Assembly (NCBI GenBank): GCA_963796325.1
Contig: CAWCLF010000001.1
Span: forward strand, 1,461,800-1,525,799
Source: an uncultured Spirochaetota bacterium
GTDB lineage: Bacteria > Spirochaetota > Brevinematia > Brevinematales > JAOACQ01
Reading direction: 5' to 3'
DNA: 64,000 nt
Part shown: positions 43,211 through 52,614 of the stretch, piece by piece
How the letters are laid out: every line of letters starts with the position of its first letter
Position numbering within the stretch: position 1 is the stretch's first letter
Made by a program: the position numbers and the translations under genes
The notes under the pieces: model-generated
Database searches by the model: none
What the model was told of the DNA's origin: nothing
The model's input: the letters and a program-made list of their open reading frames with translations, nothing else

Positions 43211-43250
43211 AGATCTAAGGCTCGCCGCTTCGCAACCGCCGACGTTGAAC
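43211..43250 (+). repeat. Degenerate attC-like site 4
   Basis: Directly after the toxin stop: ATCTAAG...GCTTCGC...GTTGAAC (core 43244-43250). Confidence 0.45.
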
Positions 43251-43290
43251 GAAGTTTGTCCGTGCTAATCTCTATTTAAAGGATGTTTTT

Positions 43291-43836
43291 ATGAATGAAA
43301 TAAAAGACTTATCTAAATGGATTTATTATACAGGATTATTTTTATCAGACTTTGAGAAAAATAAAGAAAATTCAGAAATTCACAGTTTAATATTTAATAA
43401 TTTTCTATATGAAAATGGATTTCAAAAATTTAACAGTTTTCATTTATGGAATCAAGGAACAATGTTAATGCTACTATTTGGATTATTTGTTCTGCCAAAA
43501 GAATTTTGGTTAAGATTTATTTCAGATGATGATCATAATCAAATAAATGAAGCAGATAAATTGATTTTTGAAAAGTTTGCATTCAATTCCAGAAAGAATT
43601 TCCTGAATTATGACAATGGTATAGATCAAAACAAACTGGATAAAGAAACCTTTTTAAAAAGATTAAGAAATTCAATAGCACACAATAGAATTGAAATTGT
43701 AAAAAGTGAAGAATCTGTGATCAAATTTTCAAATATTGATAATACTGGTAAAATAAATTTTAGTGTAAGAATAACTCCTATAAATTTAACTGAATTTCTG
43801 AATGAAATTGGTAAGTTCTTTATTGATAATATTTAG
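43291..43836 (+). CDS. HEPN-domain protein (putative RNase)
   Basis: Rx4H motif in LKRLRNSIAHNR; mostly helical; AT-rich cassette-like gene followed by a GTTGTGC core at 43846. Confidence 0.65.
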   Translation: MNEIKDLSKWIYYTGLFLSDFEKNKENSEIHSLIFNNFLYENGFQKFNSFHLWNQGTMLMLLFGLFVLPKEFWLRFISDDDHNQINEADKLIFEKFAFNSRKNFLNYDNGIDQNKLDKETFLKRLRNSIAHNRIEIVKSEESVIKFSNIDNTGKINFSVRITPINLTEFLNEIGKFFIDNI

Positions 43837-43875
43837 TGAGCAATTGTTGTGCAAGAACGCATGTGCAAACTTCGT

Positions 43876-45171
43876 GGGGGTGTCAGAAATTTTGTGTAAA
43901 TGGGTTTTAATCATACAGGCACCCTATCTCCAAAATGCAGAGCAAATTGGTTCAGGGCCCTTCCCCAGTCTCTTATCGGCATAGTCCATTTCTTGGAAAT
44001 ATTCCTCAATGCCAGGAACATCAATTTCAAAGCCGCTTCATCGGTCGGGAAAGATGCCCGATTTTTTATAACCTTTCTGAGGTTCATATTCACCGATTCT
44101 ATGGCATTCGTCGTATAAATAGCCCTTCTGATATCGTCGGGATAAGCGAAGCAAGTTGTTATTTTCGTCCAATTGGCATCCCAGGATTTGCCGATGGACG
44201 GATACTTATTATCCCACTTTTCCTTGAAATCGGCAAGGTTCATACTGGCTTCTGCCTCAGTCCTGGCATTGTAAATCAGTTTAAGATCAGCTGCGGCGGC
44301 CTTTCTATCCTTGTAGGAAACATACTTTAAAGAGTTTCTGACCATGTGAACGATGCACACCTGGACCTCAGTTTTCGGATACACTGTATGAATCGCTTCT
44401 TCAAAGCCTTTGAGACCGTCTACGCAGGCGATTAATATGTCGTTTAACCCCCTGTTCTTAAGCTCTGTCATTACTTTAAGCCAGAACTTGGCGCCTTCAG
44501 TCTGTTCGATCCACATTCCCAGAAGCTCTTTTTTGCCGTCCAGATTCACCCCAAGAGCAAGGTAGACGGCTTTGTTCATAATGTGCCCATTATCCCTGAC
44601 TTTGACCATAATGGCGTCGAAATACACAATCGTGTACAGGTTATCGATCGTGCGGCTCTGCCATTCGATTACTTCTTTCATGATTTCTTCGGTTACATCG
44701 GATATTAGATCGGGTGAGACTTCGTAGTTATATATTTACTGAAGGGTGGCCTGGATCTCCCTGGTAGTCATTCCTCTTCCGTACATTGCTATGATCTTAT
44801 CGTCGAATCCTTTAAATCTTCTCTGGCCTTTTTGTATTATCTTGGGTTCGAATTCACTGTTCCTATCCCTGGGAATTTCGACTTCCATTTCCCCGAATTC
44901 GCTGGCAACACTCTTCTTAGTCTTACCGTTCCTGCTGTTCTCGAGGTTCTTTCCCTTCTCGTTTTTTTCATACCCAAGATGATTAGTCATTTCACCCTGA
45001 AGCATCTTCTCAAGCAGGGTTTTCTGCAAATCATTCCAGACTGTTTTAAAATCTGTGGGGTCTTTTGCATTCTTCAGAATCTCATCGATAAATTCTGCTT
45101 TGCTGGTCATTTTTACTCCTCCTAATATTTTAATACAAAATGACCATTTACACAGTTTTTTCTATACCCCC
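43876..45171 (-). mobile_element. IS256-family element (1296 bp), transposase split by a nonsense codon
   Basis: 28-bp IRs GGGGGTGTCAGAAATTTTGTGTAAATGG / GGGGGTATAGAAAAAACTGTGTAAATGG; TSD AACTTCGT (43868-43875, 45172-45179). ORFs 44736-45110 and 43911-44681 are in the same frame with an intervening TAA. Confidence 0.92.
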
Positions 45172-45421
45172 AACTTCGTACAACACAGCGATTACGCTCT
45201 GTTCCTTGGGTTCGCCTTTTGTTGGGTAGACCGGAGGAGAAAAACATAAGGCTCACTAAAATCTGTTTAATTTTCAATACATTCAACTTGACTTCCTCAT
45301 ATAAAATTATATAATTGATCCAGTTCGAATCTCATTCGGTACGAATTAGGTACATTTTAAAAAAAGCCGAACCTGCTGAAGGTTTTGTAACTACAAGAAA
45401 TAGCTGAAATTGGAGAGGGAA

Positions 45422-45440
45422 TCGAATCCCTCCTCCTCCG
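45422..45440 (+). other. Isolated tRNA-Ser-like 3' end (possible att core)
   Basis: TCGAATCCCTCCTCCTCCG corresponds to T-loop, T-stem 3' strand, 7-nt acceptor strand and G discriminator; no 5' half is present. Confidence 0.45.
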
Positions 45441-45749
45441 AATAATTATAATGAGCCTGATTGGCTCACCTTCCCCGCTCAAAATCACATCCTGTTCTAT
45501 TTCGCGTTCGCTCCGGCGTCCGGCCTTCGCTTTGAATGTGAGCCAATCAGCTCTATGAATATTCGTCATCGGAGGGGAATGATCTCTTTCTTTGGCAATC
45601 GCGCCAAAGAAAGAATCAAAGAAAACGCTACCCTTAGGGCAAGCCATCATAATCGGGGGTCGGACAACCGTCCGCTTACCTGTATTTCGTCAAGTTAAAA
45701 TACCCAAAAAAAGCGCGTGAAATTACCCATGGGGTGATGGGTAAAATTA

Positions 45750-46508
45750 TTAGTTTTTTTGCCTCATCAAGGCATGTTTCATTCGGTAACTTTCCCCTTC
45801 AAATATTATCAAATGGCCATGATGTATCAACCTGTCAATCATGGCTGCCGCCATCTGATCATCGGTAAATAAGGCTCCCCATTTTGAAAACTCCAGGTTT
45901 GTCGTAATAATCAGGCTCCTCCTCTCATAACTATCCGATATAATCCTGAATAACAATTGAGCGCCCTGCTTATCTATGGGAACATAACCCCATTCATCTA
46001 TGATCAAGAGTTCGGCTCTTAGTATATTCTTAAGTAGTTTTTCCAGACTCCCATTTTTAAAAGCTTCGGACAGCCTGACAACCAGCTCTGAGGCGGTAAA
46101 AAATCTAACTGGGATGCCCTTTTCACAAGCATAAACGCCTAAGGCAATTGCCAGATGAGTTTTACCCGTTCCTACTGGCCCATACATTATGATATTCTTT
46201 ATGCCATTGATAAAATTTCCTTCTTTCAAATCCGCCATCGTTAAATTTGAAGGCAGCTTCTGGTTGGTTAATTCATATCCTTCCAGGGTCTTGTATACAG
46301 GAAAAGAGGCTTCCCTTAATAGTCTTTTTTGCCTTACCGCCTCACGGTTTTCCAGTTCGCTTTTCAACACATAATGAAGAAAATGTTCCTGTAATGCGTT
46401 AGCTTTTGTCTCGCATAATTCTACCGCTTTCTGGCTGAAAGCGACCCTTTTACAATAATTTGAAATCTCCCTGCGGGTCTCCGACCTGTTACGTCTCTGG
46501 CGCTTCAT
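45750..46508 (-). CDS. istB: IS21 helper ATPase IstB
   Basis: GPVGTGKTH, LLIIDEWGY, DRLIHH...GESYR. Confidence 0.92.
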   Translation of the reverse strand: MKRQRRNRSETRREISNYCKRVAFSQKAVELCETKANALQEHFLHYVLKSELENREAVRQKRLLREASFPVYKTLEGYELTNQKLPSNLTMADLKEGNFINGIKNIIMYGPVGTGKTHLAIALGVYACEKGIPVRFFTASELVVRLSEAFKNGSLEKLLKNILRAELLIIDEWGYVPIDKQGAQLLFRIISDSYERRSLIITTNLEFSKWGALFTDDQMAAAMIDRLIHHGHLIIFEGESYRMKHALMRQKN

Positions 46509-47971
46509 CTATCGCCTCCGGATCCGAGAAGTTCTCGGTCATAAGTCAGCAGGTCAGGTCCCTTTTCGGGAATAGCATTCAAACCGTCTAAGGCTATCCT
46601 TGCGCATATTGCCTTTAAATCAAATAGGTTAACATTCCCTCGGGATATCGCTTCTTTCATTGACAACAGGGCTGTGTCAAATCCATATTCCTTTGTTCCT
46701 CCATTGAGCGCTCTTAAGGCTTCTTTTAACTCATCTTTCTGAAGTTTATCCATTTTTTCACGGATGTCTTCGGGCATTACTTGTCTCAATCCGCTGTTAG
46801 CCCACGCATTTGTATTCTTGATCAGTTTTTCTATAGTCGTGGAATAATCGGTCTGGTCTGTCCTCTTTTCTCCAAAGGCCCTTGCATGAACACAGGCCCT
46901 TTTACCTTCCGAATCATATACAAAAACCTGATGCGCGCCGATTCCAATTACAAGATCCCGATACGCCCATTCAGGCCTGCTCGAATAGTAATGTTTCCCA
47001 TCAATACAGAATTTTCCATATCCGTCGGCTTTAAACTTCTCAAAACGCTCCACTACAAAGGCTTTATTAGGCAAATACAACATCCTGTCCTTGTCTTCCT
47101 CAAAGAGGCTGGCTATAGAGGCCCCTTTTTTGTAATGTTCCCTCTGCCAGTCCCCCTCAGATTGAAAAAGCAATTGGTTATTGTATATTTCAATATCATC
47201 AAAGGAGGGTACGGGTACAAAGTAATTCCGCCTGATATAACCAACCTTGTTTTCAACATTCCCTTTTTCGTTTCCTGAATATGGATTACAAAATGTAACC
47301 AGAAATCCGTAATGACATTTGAACCTCATAAACAATTCGGAAAAACGAACCTGGTCGCCGATCTTTCTGCCCACTCCGCTTGCGTTATCAAAGACGATCC
47401 GCAGCGGTACTCTTCCAATCCTCTCAAATATGTCTTTTAAGCCTTGTGCTACACATTCCGCTGTTTCTCCCCCGAATAACTGGTAATATGCGCCATTGCT
47501 ATATGGGAAAGAAAGGCATAAATATTTAAAAGTTCGTACTATCCCTTGTTCCAGGAAATCAGCCTCGCCAAAATCCGCCTGGGCTTCTCCTGGATACCAG
47601 ACCAGCTCTAAATATCCTGCATCCTTCCGTATTGCAGCTTTTCTCTTTTTTACATACCTCTGAACCAGTGTGTAAGAACCGTCATATCCTGGATATTCTG
47701 CTGAAAGCCTGTTATGTATACGCTGGGCGGTATGCCTTTGTTTATATCGCATTTTTCGGTCTTCTTCCAGCCAGGATTCGATTACTTCTTTCCATCGATC
47801 TAATTTGGAAGGTATTTCTTTTTTCATTGTTTTCTCGTCTGAATAATTTTCAAAACCCATATATTTGGCCACTGTCTTACGGTTAACGCTCACTTTCTCG
47901 GAAATATCAACTGGTCCGTACCCCAGGTCCTGTAGTTCTTTGATCGTTTCAATTTGCCGCATACTCAACAT
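46505..47971 (-). CDS. istA: IS21 transposase IstA
   Basis: RBS GAGGAGG before ATG 47971; AQADFG, VFDNAS, KGNVENKVGY. Confidence 0.92.
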   Translation of the reverse strand: MLSMRQIETIKELQDLGYGPVDISEKVSVNRKTVAKYMGFENYSDEKTMKKEIPSKLDRWKEVIESWLEEDRKMRYKQRHTAQRIHNRLSAEYPGYDGSYTLVQRYVKKRKAAIRKDAGYLELVWYPGEAQADFGEADFLEQGIVRTFKYLCLSFPYSNGAYYQLFGGETAECVAQGLKDIFERIGRVPLRIVFDNASGVGRKIGDQVRFSELFMRFKCHYGFLVTFCNPYSGNEKGNVENKVGYIRRNYFVPVPSFDDIEIYNNQLLFQSEGDWQREHYKKGASIASLFEEDKDRMLYLPNKAFVVERFEKFKADGYGKFCIDGKHYYSSRPEWAYRDLVIGIGAHQVFVYDSEGKRACVHARAFGEKRTDQTDYSTTIEKLIKNTNAWANSGLRQVMPEDIREKMDKLQKDELKEALRALNGGTKEYGFDTALLSMKEAISRGNVNLFDLKAICARIALDGLNAIPEKGPDLLTYDRELLGSGGDR

Positions 47972-48555
47972 TTCCTCCTCCCTGTTTTTCTTCAAAAACA
48001 GGATAACATTTCGCCTGAATTTACCCACGCTTTTTATGGGTATTTTTCACGCTTTTTCTGAGTATGTTCCTTTGCTCTTTTGGGGTACTTTTATTATACT
48101 AAAAACACCGCTTACCGCTGTTTTTCGATGGCAACCCCTTTGGCAGGGATAAACTCTACGCCTGCTGCGTAAGTCGGGGTAATATTGAAATTTCCATTTG
48201 GCTGGTTTGTTTATCCCAGCTTGTCCGGGGGCTCATTTTGGTGAAAAACGACTATTTTGAAAATTCCAGACAATCCAACCAAAAAAATGTTTTTGATGAA
48301 GTTTGCCAGCGATATGCTAGTAAATTATAATGAATTAAGGGATCTTCTAAAAACCGCCCGATTCGGCCGGTTAAGCCGGCATAAAGGCGGTAAGGTAAAG
48401 CCCATAGGGTTTATACCCGTAGGGTGTTTATACCCGAAGGGTACGAAATCATTGACTTCCTGACTTTGTATATTGATATTAATAATAGTTTTTGGAACTG
48501 CCCTTAAGTCATTTACTGGCACTGGCTAAGTAGCTCTCACCATCAAATAAAAAGC

Positions 48556-48614
48556 TTGCAAATAAATAGGATATATACTATATTATATTAAATATAAAAT
48601 AGGATATATACTAT
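48556..48614 (+). promoter_or_regulatory. Promoter with two 18-bp operator copies
   Basis: TTGCAA-17-TATATT; AAATAGGATATATACTAT at 48564-48581 (in the spacer) and 48597-48614 (over the start codon). Confidence 0.7.
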
Positions 48615-49092
48615 GAAATTAAACAAGGAAAGAATCAATCTTCAGCGGCATCAGCTCGATAATCGCTTGAAGAGAATAATCAATATCAAAGGTGAAGATA
48701 TACCAGCACAGGGATGGGTCAAGGCAATAAGGGAATCTCTAGGTATTCCTGCTACTTTATTAGCTAAAAAATTAGGTATTTCGCAGCCAACATTATCAGA
48801 ATTAGAAAAATATGAGGCTAAAGGATCAATAACGATAAATTCTTTGAAAAAAATGGCGGATGCTCTAAATTGTGATTTGAAATATTTTATTATTCCTAGA
48901 GAACCTTATAAATCATTTGAAGACATAATTGATCGACAGATTGATAAAGCCGTAAAAAAAGAACTGAATGATTTAAATCAAACTATGCTCCTTGAAAATC
49001 AGGCATTAAGCCAAAAAGAAATGAATTATCAAATGGATATTGTAAGAAGAAAAATGAAGGACAAAATAACATCCAAAATTTGGGAGATTTAA
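48613..49092 (+). CDS. Mobile mystery protein A (XRE-type HTH)
   Basis: GWVKAIRESLGI...ISQPTLSELEKYEAKGSITINSLKKMADALNC. Confidence 0.88.
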   Translation: MKLNKERINLQRHQLDNRLKRIINIKGEDIPAQGWVKAIRESLGIPATLLAKKLGISQPTLSELEKYEAKGSITINSLKKMADALNCDLKYFIIPREPYKSFEDIIDRQIDKAVKKELNDLNQTMLLENQALSQKEMNYQMDIVRRKMKDKITSKIWEI

Positions 49093-49093
49093 A

Positions 49094-49687
49094 TTGAAAT
49101 TCATTTACCCGGATGGAGCAACACCTTTAAATCCCGATGAATTGCAAGGACTTATTCCTTCACATATCACAACTCAGGCGGAATTGAATGAATTTGAGTT
49201 AAAATCAATATCTGAAGCAAGGAGGTGGTCATTTAGTAATAAAAGGAAAGACATTATCTCTGTTAATTTCATTAAAAAACTTCATAAAAGAATGTTTAGT
49301 CTTGTCTGGAAGTGGGCCGGAAAATTCAGAACAACTAATAAAAATTTAGGCATTGAATTTTTCAAAATATCCGTCGAATTGCGCAAGCTTTGCGATGATG
49401 CGTTATATTGGGAAAGTAATAAAATATATCCTATCGATGAGTTGGCGATTATATTTCATCACAGGTTGGTCTCAATTCACCCTTTCCCTAATGGAAATGG
49501 AAGGCATGCCAGATTAATGGCAGATTTAATATTGTACAACAATACTGGGAAAATATTTTCTTGGGGAAGTAATTTCATGATGGTAGAATCATCTGATATT
49601 AGGAAAAGATATATAAAAGCGTTGAAAGCCGCTGATAATAATGATTATGATCAATTGTTTAAATTTGCTAATAATATCGATAAATGA
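49094..49687 (+). CDS. Mobile mystery protein B (Fic domain)
   Basis: DGATPL...; Fic motif HPFPNGNGRHAR. Confidence 0.9.
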   Translation: MKFIYPDGATPLNPDELQGLIPSHITTQAELNEFELKSISEARRWSFSNKRKDIISVNFIKKLHKRMFSLVWKWAGKFRTTNKNLGIEFFKISVELRKLCDDALYWESNKIYPIDELAIIFHHRLVSIHPFPNGNGRHARLMADLILYNNTGKIFSWGSNFMMVESSDIRKRYIKALKAADNNDYDQLFKFANNIDK

Positions 49688-49701
49688 AAAAGAAATTGAG
49701 T

Positions 49702-50343
49702 TTATGGTTCGTTAAACTGGCCTATCTCGATCCCTCCTGCGATCCAGGGATTGTCTGCCGCTCCATAGGGATTACTGACTCGGTCTTCTTCTATCAGGTA
49801 AATCCTCAGATCCGATACTGTGCCCGGTCTTGGAACTAGGGGCAGTAAGACCATGACTTCGCCGCTGTGGAGTACGGAGAGGAAAGCAAGCTGCTGAAGT
49901 TCGTAAAAGTTAAGCTTCCGACCGGCATCCGCATCAGGGTATTCTGCCCACATCCTGAACTGCCTCTCGACGTCGGCTTCCCATGCGTCCGCCTCGTCAT
50001 CGCCCATCCCTAAGAATTCCCGATCTATGCGGGACTGGAGCCTTAAACCGCTCCCGATGACATTAGTAAGGGCCGTTTTTATGGCTCCGCCCGCAATCGG
50101 GTTATTTTTATATAAGTCCCTGGTCCTGACCCGCAGGGTCTCGATGTCCGGTAATACTTCGTCGTCCGGATTGGTCGAGGATTTCATCGACCAGCCGCGC
50201 ATCAACTGCCGCATCTTCATCGCGCCGGTATAAGTGTTCCCGTAAACCGACATAATAGCACGCACCTGCTGTCTCTTTAATCCGCTTACCGGGCTGAAAA
50301 AGCCGATCAGCCGGTCTATTATATTAGGGGTCGATCCGATCAT
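49702..50343 (-). pseudogene. Lambda-family phage portal protein, truncated at about 210 aa
   Basis: LRVRTRDLYKNNPIAGGAI...GSGLRLQS...LIEEDRVSNP; much shorter than the usual ~500 aa. Confidence 0.8.
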
Positions 50344-50582
50344 CAGATGTCCCTCGGCAATACGAATCTCGCAATGGGGGCGGATGAGCCTACGCTCAGT
50401 CGTTCGACCTCCTTCCGCCAGTAATTGATGTTATTGCGGATTTCCGCTGCATCCGTGCGGGTGAGGACACGTTTTACATTGCCCTGGTCGATTGTATAAT
50501 TCTGTCCCAGGATAAGCGCGTCATCGGCAGACATCCATACTGCCAGTTTTGCCTGAGCCTGTTCCAATGTTATTGCAGACAT
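50343..50582 (-). CDS. Phage head-tail joining protein (gpW-like)
   Basis: LEQAQAKLAVW...GQNYTI...LTRTDAAEIRNNINYW; ATGA overlap with the portal gene. Confidence 0.7.
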   Translation of the reverse strand: MSAITLEQAQAKLAVWMSADDALILGQNYTIDQGNVKRVLTRTDAAEIRNNINYWRKEVERLSVGSSAPIARFVLPRDI

Positions 50583-50799
50583 ACAGAGGTCTCCATCCAA
50601 TTCTTTTTGATATCCTATTATATGAGGCTATACAGGGGGGGCTGAAATTTCCGGATAGCATTTAAAATTTTTATGTGATTCATAATTGTAAGTAGAATAA
50701 TTAAATAAGATGATTAATTGGATTGAATAAAAATATATTTATTATTCATCTGTTGTTTTCAGTGACACAGGTGGAGGACAGGGGATATTTTGTATTGAT

Positions 50800-50937
50800 T
50801 ATTTGAGGGACAAACAAATTATTACTGCAAAAGTCATCAGGGTAGATAGTGATATTGTCGGAGCGAAGTTTGACAAATTATCGGATGAACAACTGGCTTA
50901 TATCTTGAACTTAAAAACATCCCAAAACTTATTATGA
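50800..50937 (+). pseudogene. 3' remnant of a PilZ gene
   Basis: ITAKVIRVDSDIVGAKFDKLSDEQLAYILNLKTSQNLL* matches the end of 51366-51671; no start codon. Confidence 0.7.
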
Positions 50938-51075
50938 AAGTTTATCCTGGAATGAGCGTTTTTGGGAGACAAAAAACATGCGAAATTTTGATGGCGTGTA
51001 TATAATACGTCTAATGAGCAGGTAATTTTTCTCTGATCAGGGCAATGAAGTAAAATAAAAATAAGGGGGAGAGTT

Positions 51076-51321
51076 ATGCCCAATAAAAAAAAAGAGGTAG
51101 CGACAAAAAAACCCGCAAAAAAGAGGAGTACAAGCAAGAAATCGGTTACGAAGAAATCCGCTGCCAAGTCGGAAGTCAAAGATTTTTTGGACGATATAAA
51201 AAAACGGGCACATGAAATATATCTGGAAAGGCAGAAAAATGGGATTGGCGGTGATGAGATGTCCGACTGGCTGCAGGCTGAAGAAGAGATTAAGAATAAA
51301 TACAAAAGAAAAAAAGGGTAG
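51076..51321 (+). CDS. DUF2934-like protein with basic N-terminal tail
   Basis: IKKRAHEIYLER...GDEMSDWLQAEEEI. Confidence 0.75.
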   Translation: MPNKKKEVATKKPAKKRSTSKKSVTKKSAAKSEVKDFLDDIKKRAHEIYLERQKNGIGGDEMSDWLQAEEEIKNKYKRKKG

Positions 51322-51365
51322 TTTGCTGTCCTTATTGTACTTTATTGTACTTTGTGCAGGAAAAA

Positions 51366-51671
51366 ATGGAATATAAGTTTGAAGAAAAGCGAGTAGCTGA
51401 AAGGAAACCCCTTATATTGGATGCTGAATATGAATTACAAGGGGTATTATGTCCCTGCCAGATTGTTGATGTATCAACTCAAGGCATAGGAATGAGAGTA
51501 AAAGGGATTCTTATGGTTGGGGATAAAATAAATATAATATTGGATAAACATACCATTGTTGCAAAAGTCGTCAGAGTGGATGGAAATATTGTTGGAGTGA
51601 CTTTTGAAAAATTATCGGACAAAGACCTTGATTATATTCTGAATTTAAAAACATTCCAGAACTTATTATGA
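51366..51671 (+). CDS. Single-domain PilZ protein
   Basis: RxxxR (RVAER) and DxSxxG (DVSTQG). Confidence 0.85.
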   Translation: MEYKFEEKRVAERKPLILDAEYELQGVLCPCQIVDVSTQGIGMRVKGILMVGDKINIILDKHTIVAKVVRVDGNIVGVTFEKLSDKDLDYILNLKTFQNLL

Positions 51672-51726
51672 AAGTCCTATTGACTAATAATTGGTATAGG
51701 GGGTAAGATATTGATAGGAAAAAGCT

Positions 51727-52560
51727 ATGAATGTTTTAATCTATACGCAGTCAAACTATGCCAGAAATACATTTGTCAATGCTTTGTTTTCAGCAGGAAT
51801 AACTTTATATCAAACAGAACAAGCAGAGAATCTCATTAATGATATTCAACGATATCGACCTGAAATAGTAATTTTGGATGTTATAAAGGAAGATTTTGCT
51901 GCCGTCTTTGAACTCGTAAAGAAAATAAAAAATCATACTTCTGAAGAAGTGAAAAAGACAGGTATAATTCTTCTTATAGGCTCTATTGATAAGCAAACCA
52001 TTTCAGCTGCAATTCAGTATGGTGTTATTGGATTTATCAGAAGTAATGCCGCAGCAGATTTTGTTTGCAAATATATTATGGATATATATCAAAAGTTATG
52101 CGGTGTTCCGCCTAAACGAAAATATATACGGATTATAATTGACCCTGATGACAGTATTGGTATTAAATTTCGGTCTCCTGTTAATTCGCAGCTCATAATC
52201 GGTAAAATTGAAGATATCAGTTTCGGAGGTATTGCAGTCGAATTATTTGGGTCATTTCCTTCAGATTTAATAACTATTGGTTCCGAGATAAATAATATGC
52301 AGTTCATTTTAGATGGGAAGGATATATTTATTGATGGTGAGGTGGCTGCCTACCAGAAAAATTTTTGTGCCTTTAGGTTTAAGAATATGACTCCAGAAAT
52401 AAAAGGGATCATTTCTCAGTATATTTTTAAAAGAATATACAGTATAGAAGAAGAGAGTAAAGTAGTACAGGAAGGAACTGGAGCTGGCGAGAATCTTGTA
52501 AATCAAGATAATTCCCAGGATCAAAATAAAGATTTGCCGAAATCAAAAGAACAGCAATAA
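51727..52560 (+). CDS. Atypical receiver domain + PilZ
   Basis: VILDV is retained but the acidic pocket and the Lys are degenerate; PilZ motifs RKYIR and DISFGG. Confidence 0.75.
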   Translation: MNVLIYTQSNYARNTFVNALFSAGITLYQTEQAENLINDIQRYRPEIVILDVIKEDFAAVFELVKKIKNHTSEEVKKTGIILLIGSIDKQTISAAIQYGVIGFIRSNAAADFVCKYIMDIYQKLCGVPPKRKYIRIIIDPDDSIGIKFRSPVNSQLIIGKIEDISFGGIAVELFGSFPSDLITIGSEINNMQFILDGKDIFIDGEVAAYQKNFCAFRFKNMTPEIKGIISQYIFKRIYSIEEESKVVQEGTGAGENLVNQDNSQDQNKDLPKSKEQQ

Positions 52561-52614
52561 TTAATTTTTATACTATTTATCATATGAGCCGCCGATCGAT
52601 TTTCATGAAGGAAC

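Larger units (their letters stand above)
45681..48107 (-). mobile_element. IS21-family element (2427 bp)
   Basis: TG...CA ends with IRs TGTATTTCGTCAAGTTAAAATACCC / TGTTTTTAGTATAATAAAAGTACCC; flanking direct repeat CCGCTTACC (45672-45680, 48108-48116). Confidence 0.92.

Noticed and set aside
39710-44738. Stop-codon reassignment suggested by in-frame stops in both IS256 transposases
   Set aside because: The stops differ (TAG for Trp, TAA for probable Glu), each is a single-base change, and TAA/TAG end many intact genes here.
45457-45550. Eukaryotic CCAAT-box-like words (AGCCAATCAG)
   Set aside because: They are simply the two arms of an inverted repeat in bacterial DNA; there is no sign of eukaryotic sequence.
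45357-45650. 97-aa minus-strand ORF
   Set aside because: It runs through hairpins and the tRNA-like fragment and has no protein-like features.
48405-48441. Short tandem palindromic repeat GGGT(GT)TTATACCCG x2
   Set aside because: Only two degenerate units inside a doubtful ORF; too little to call iterons or an array.
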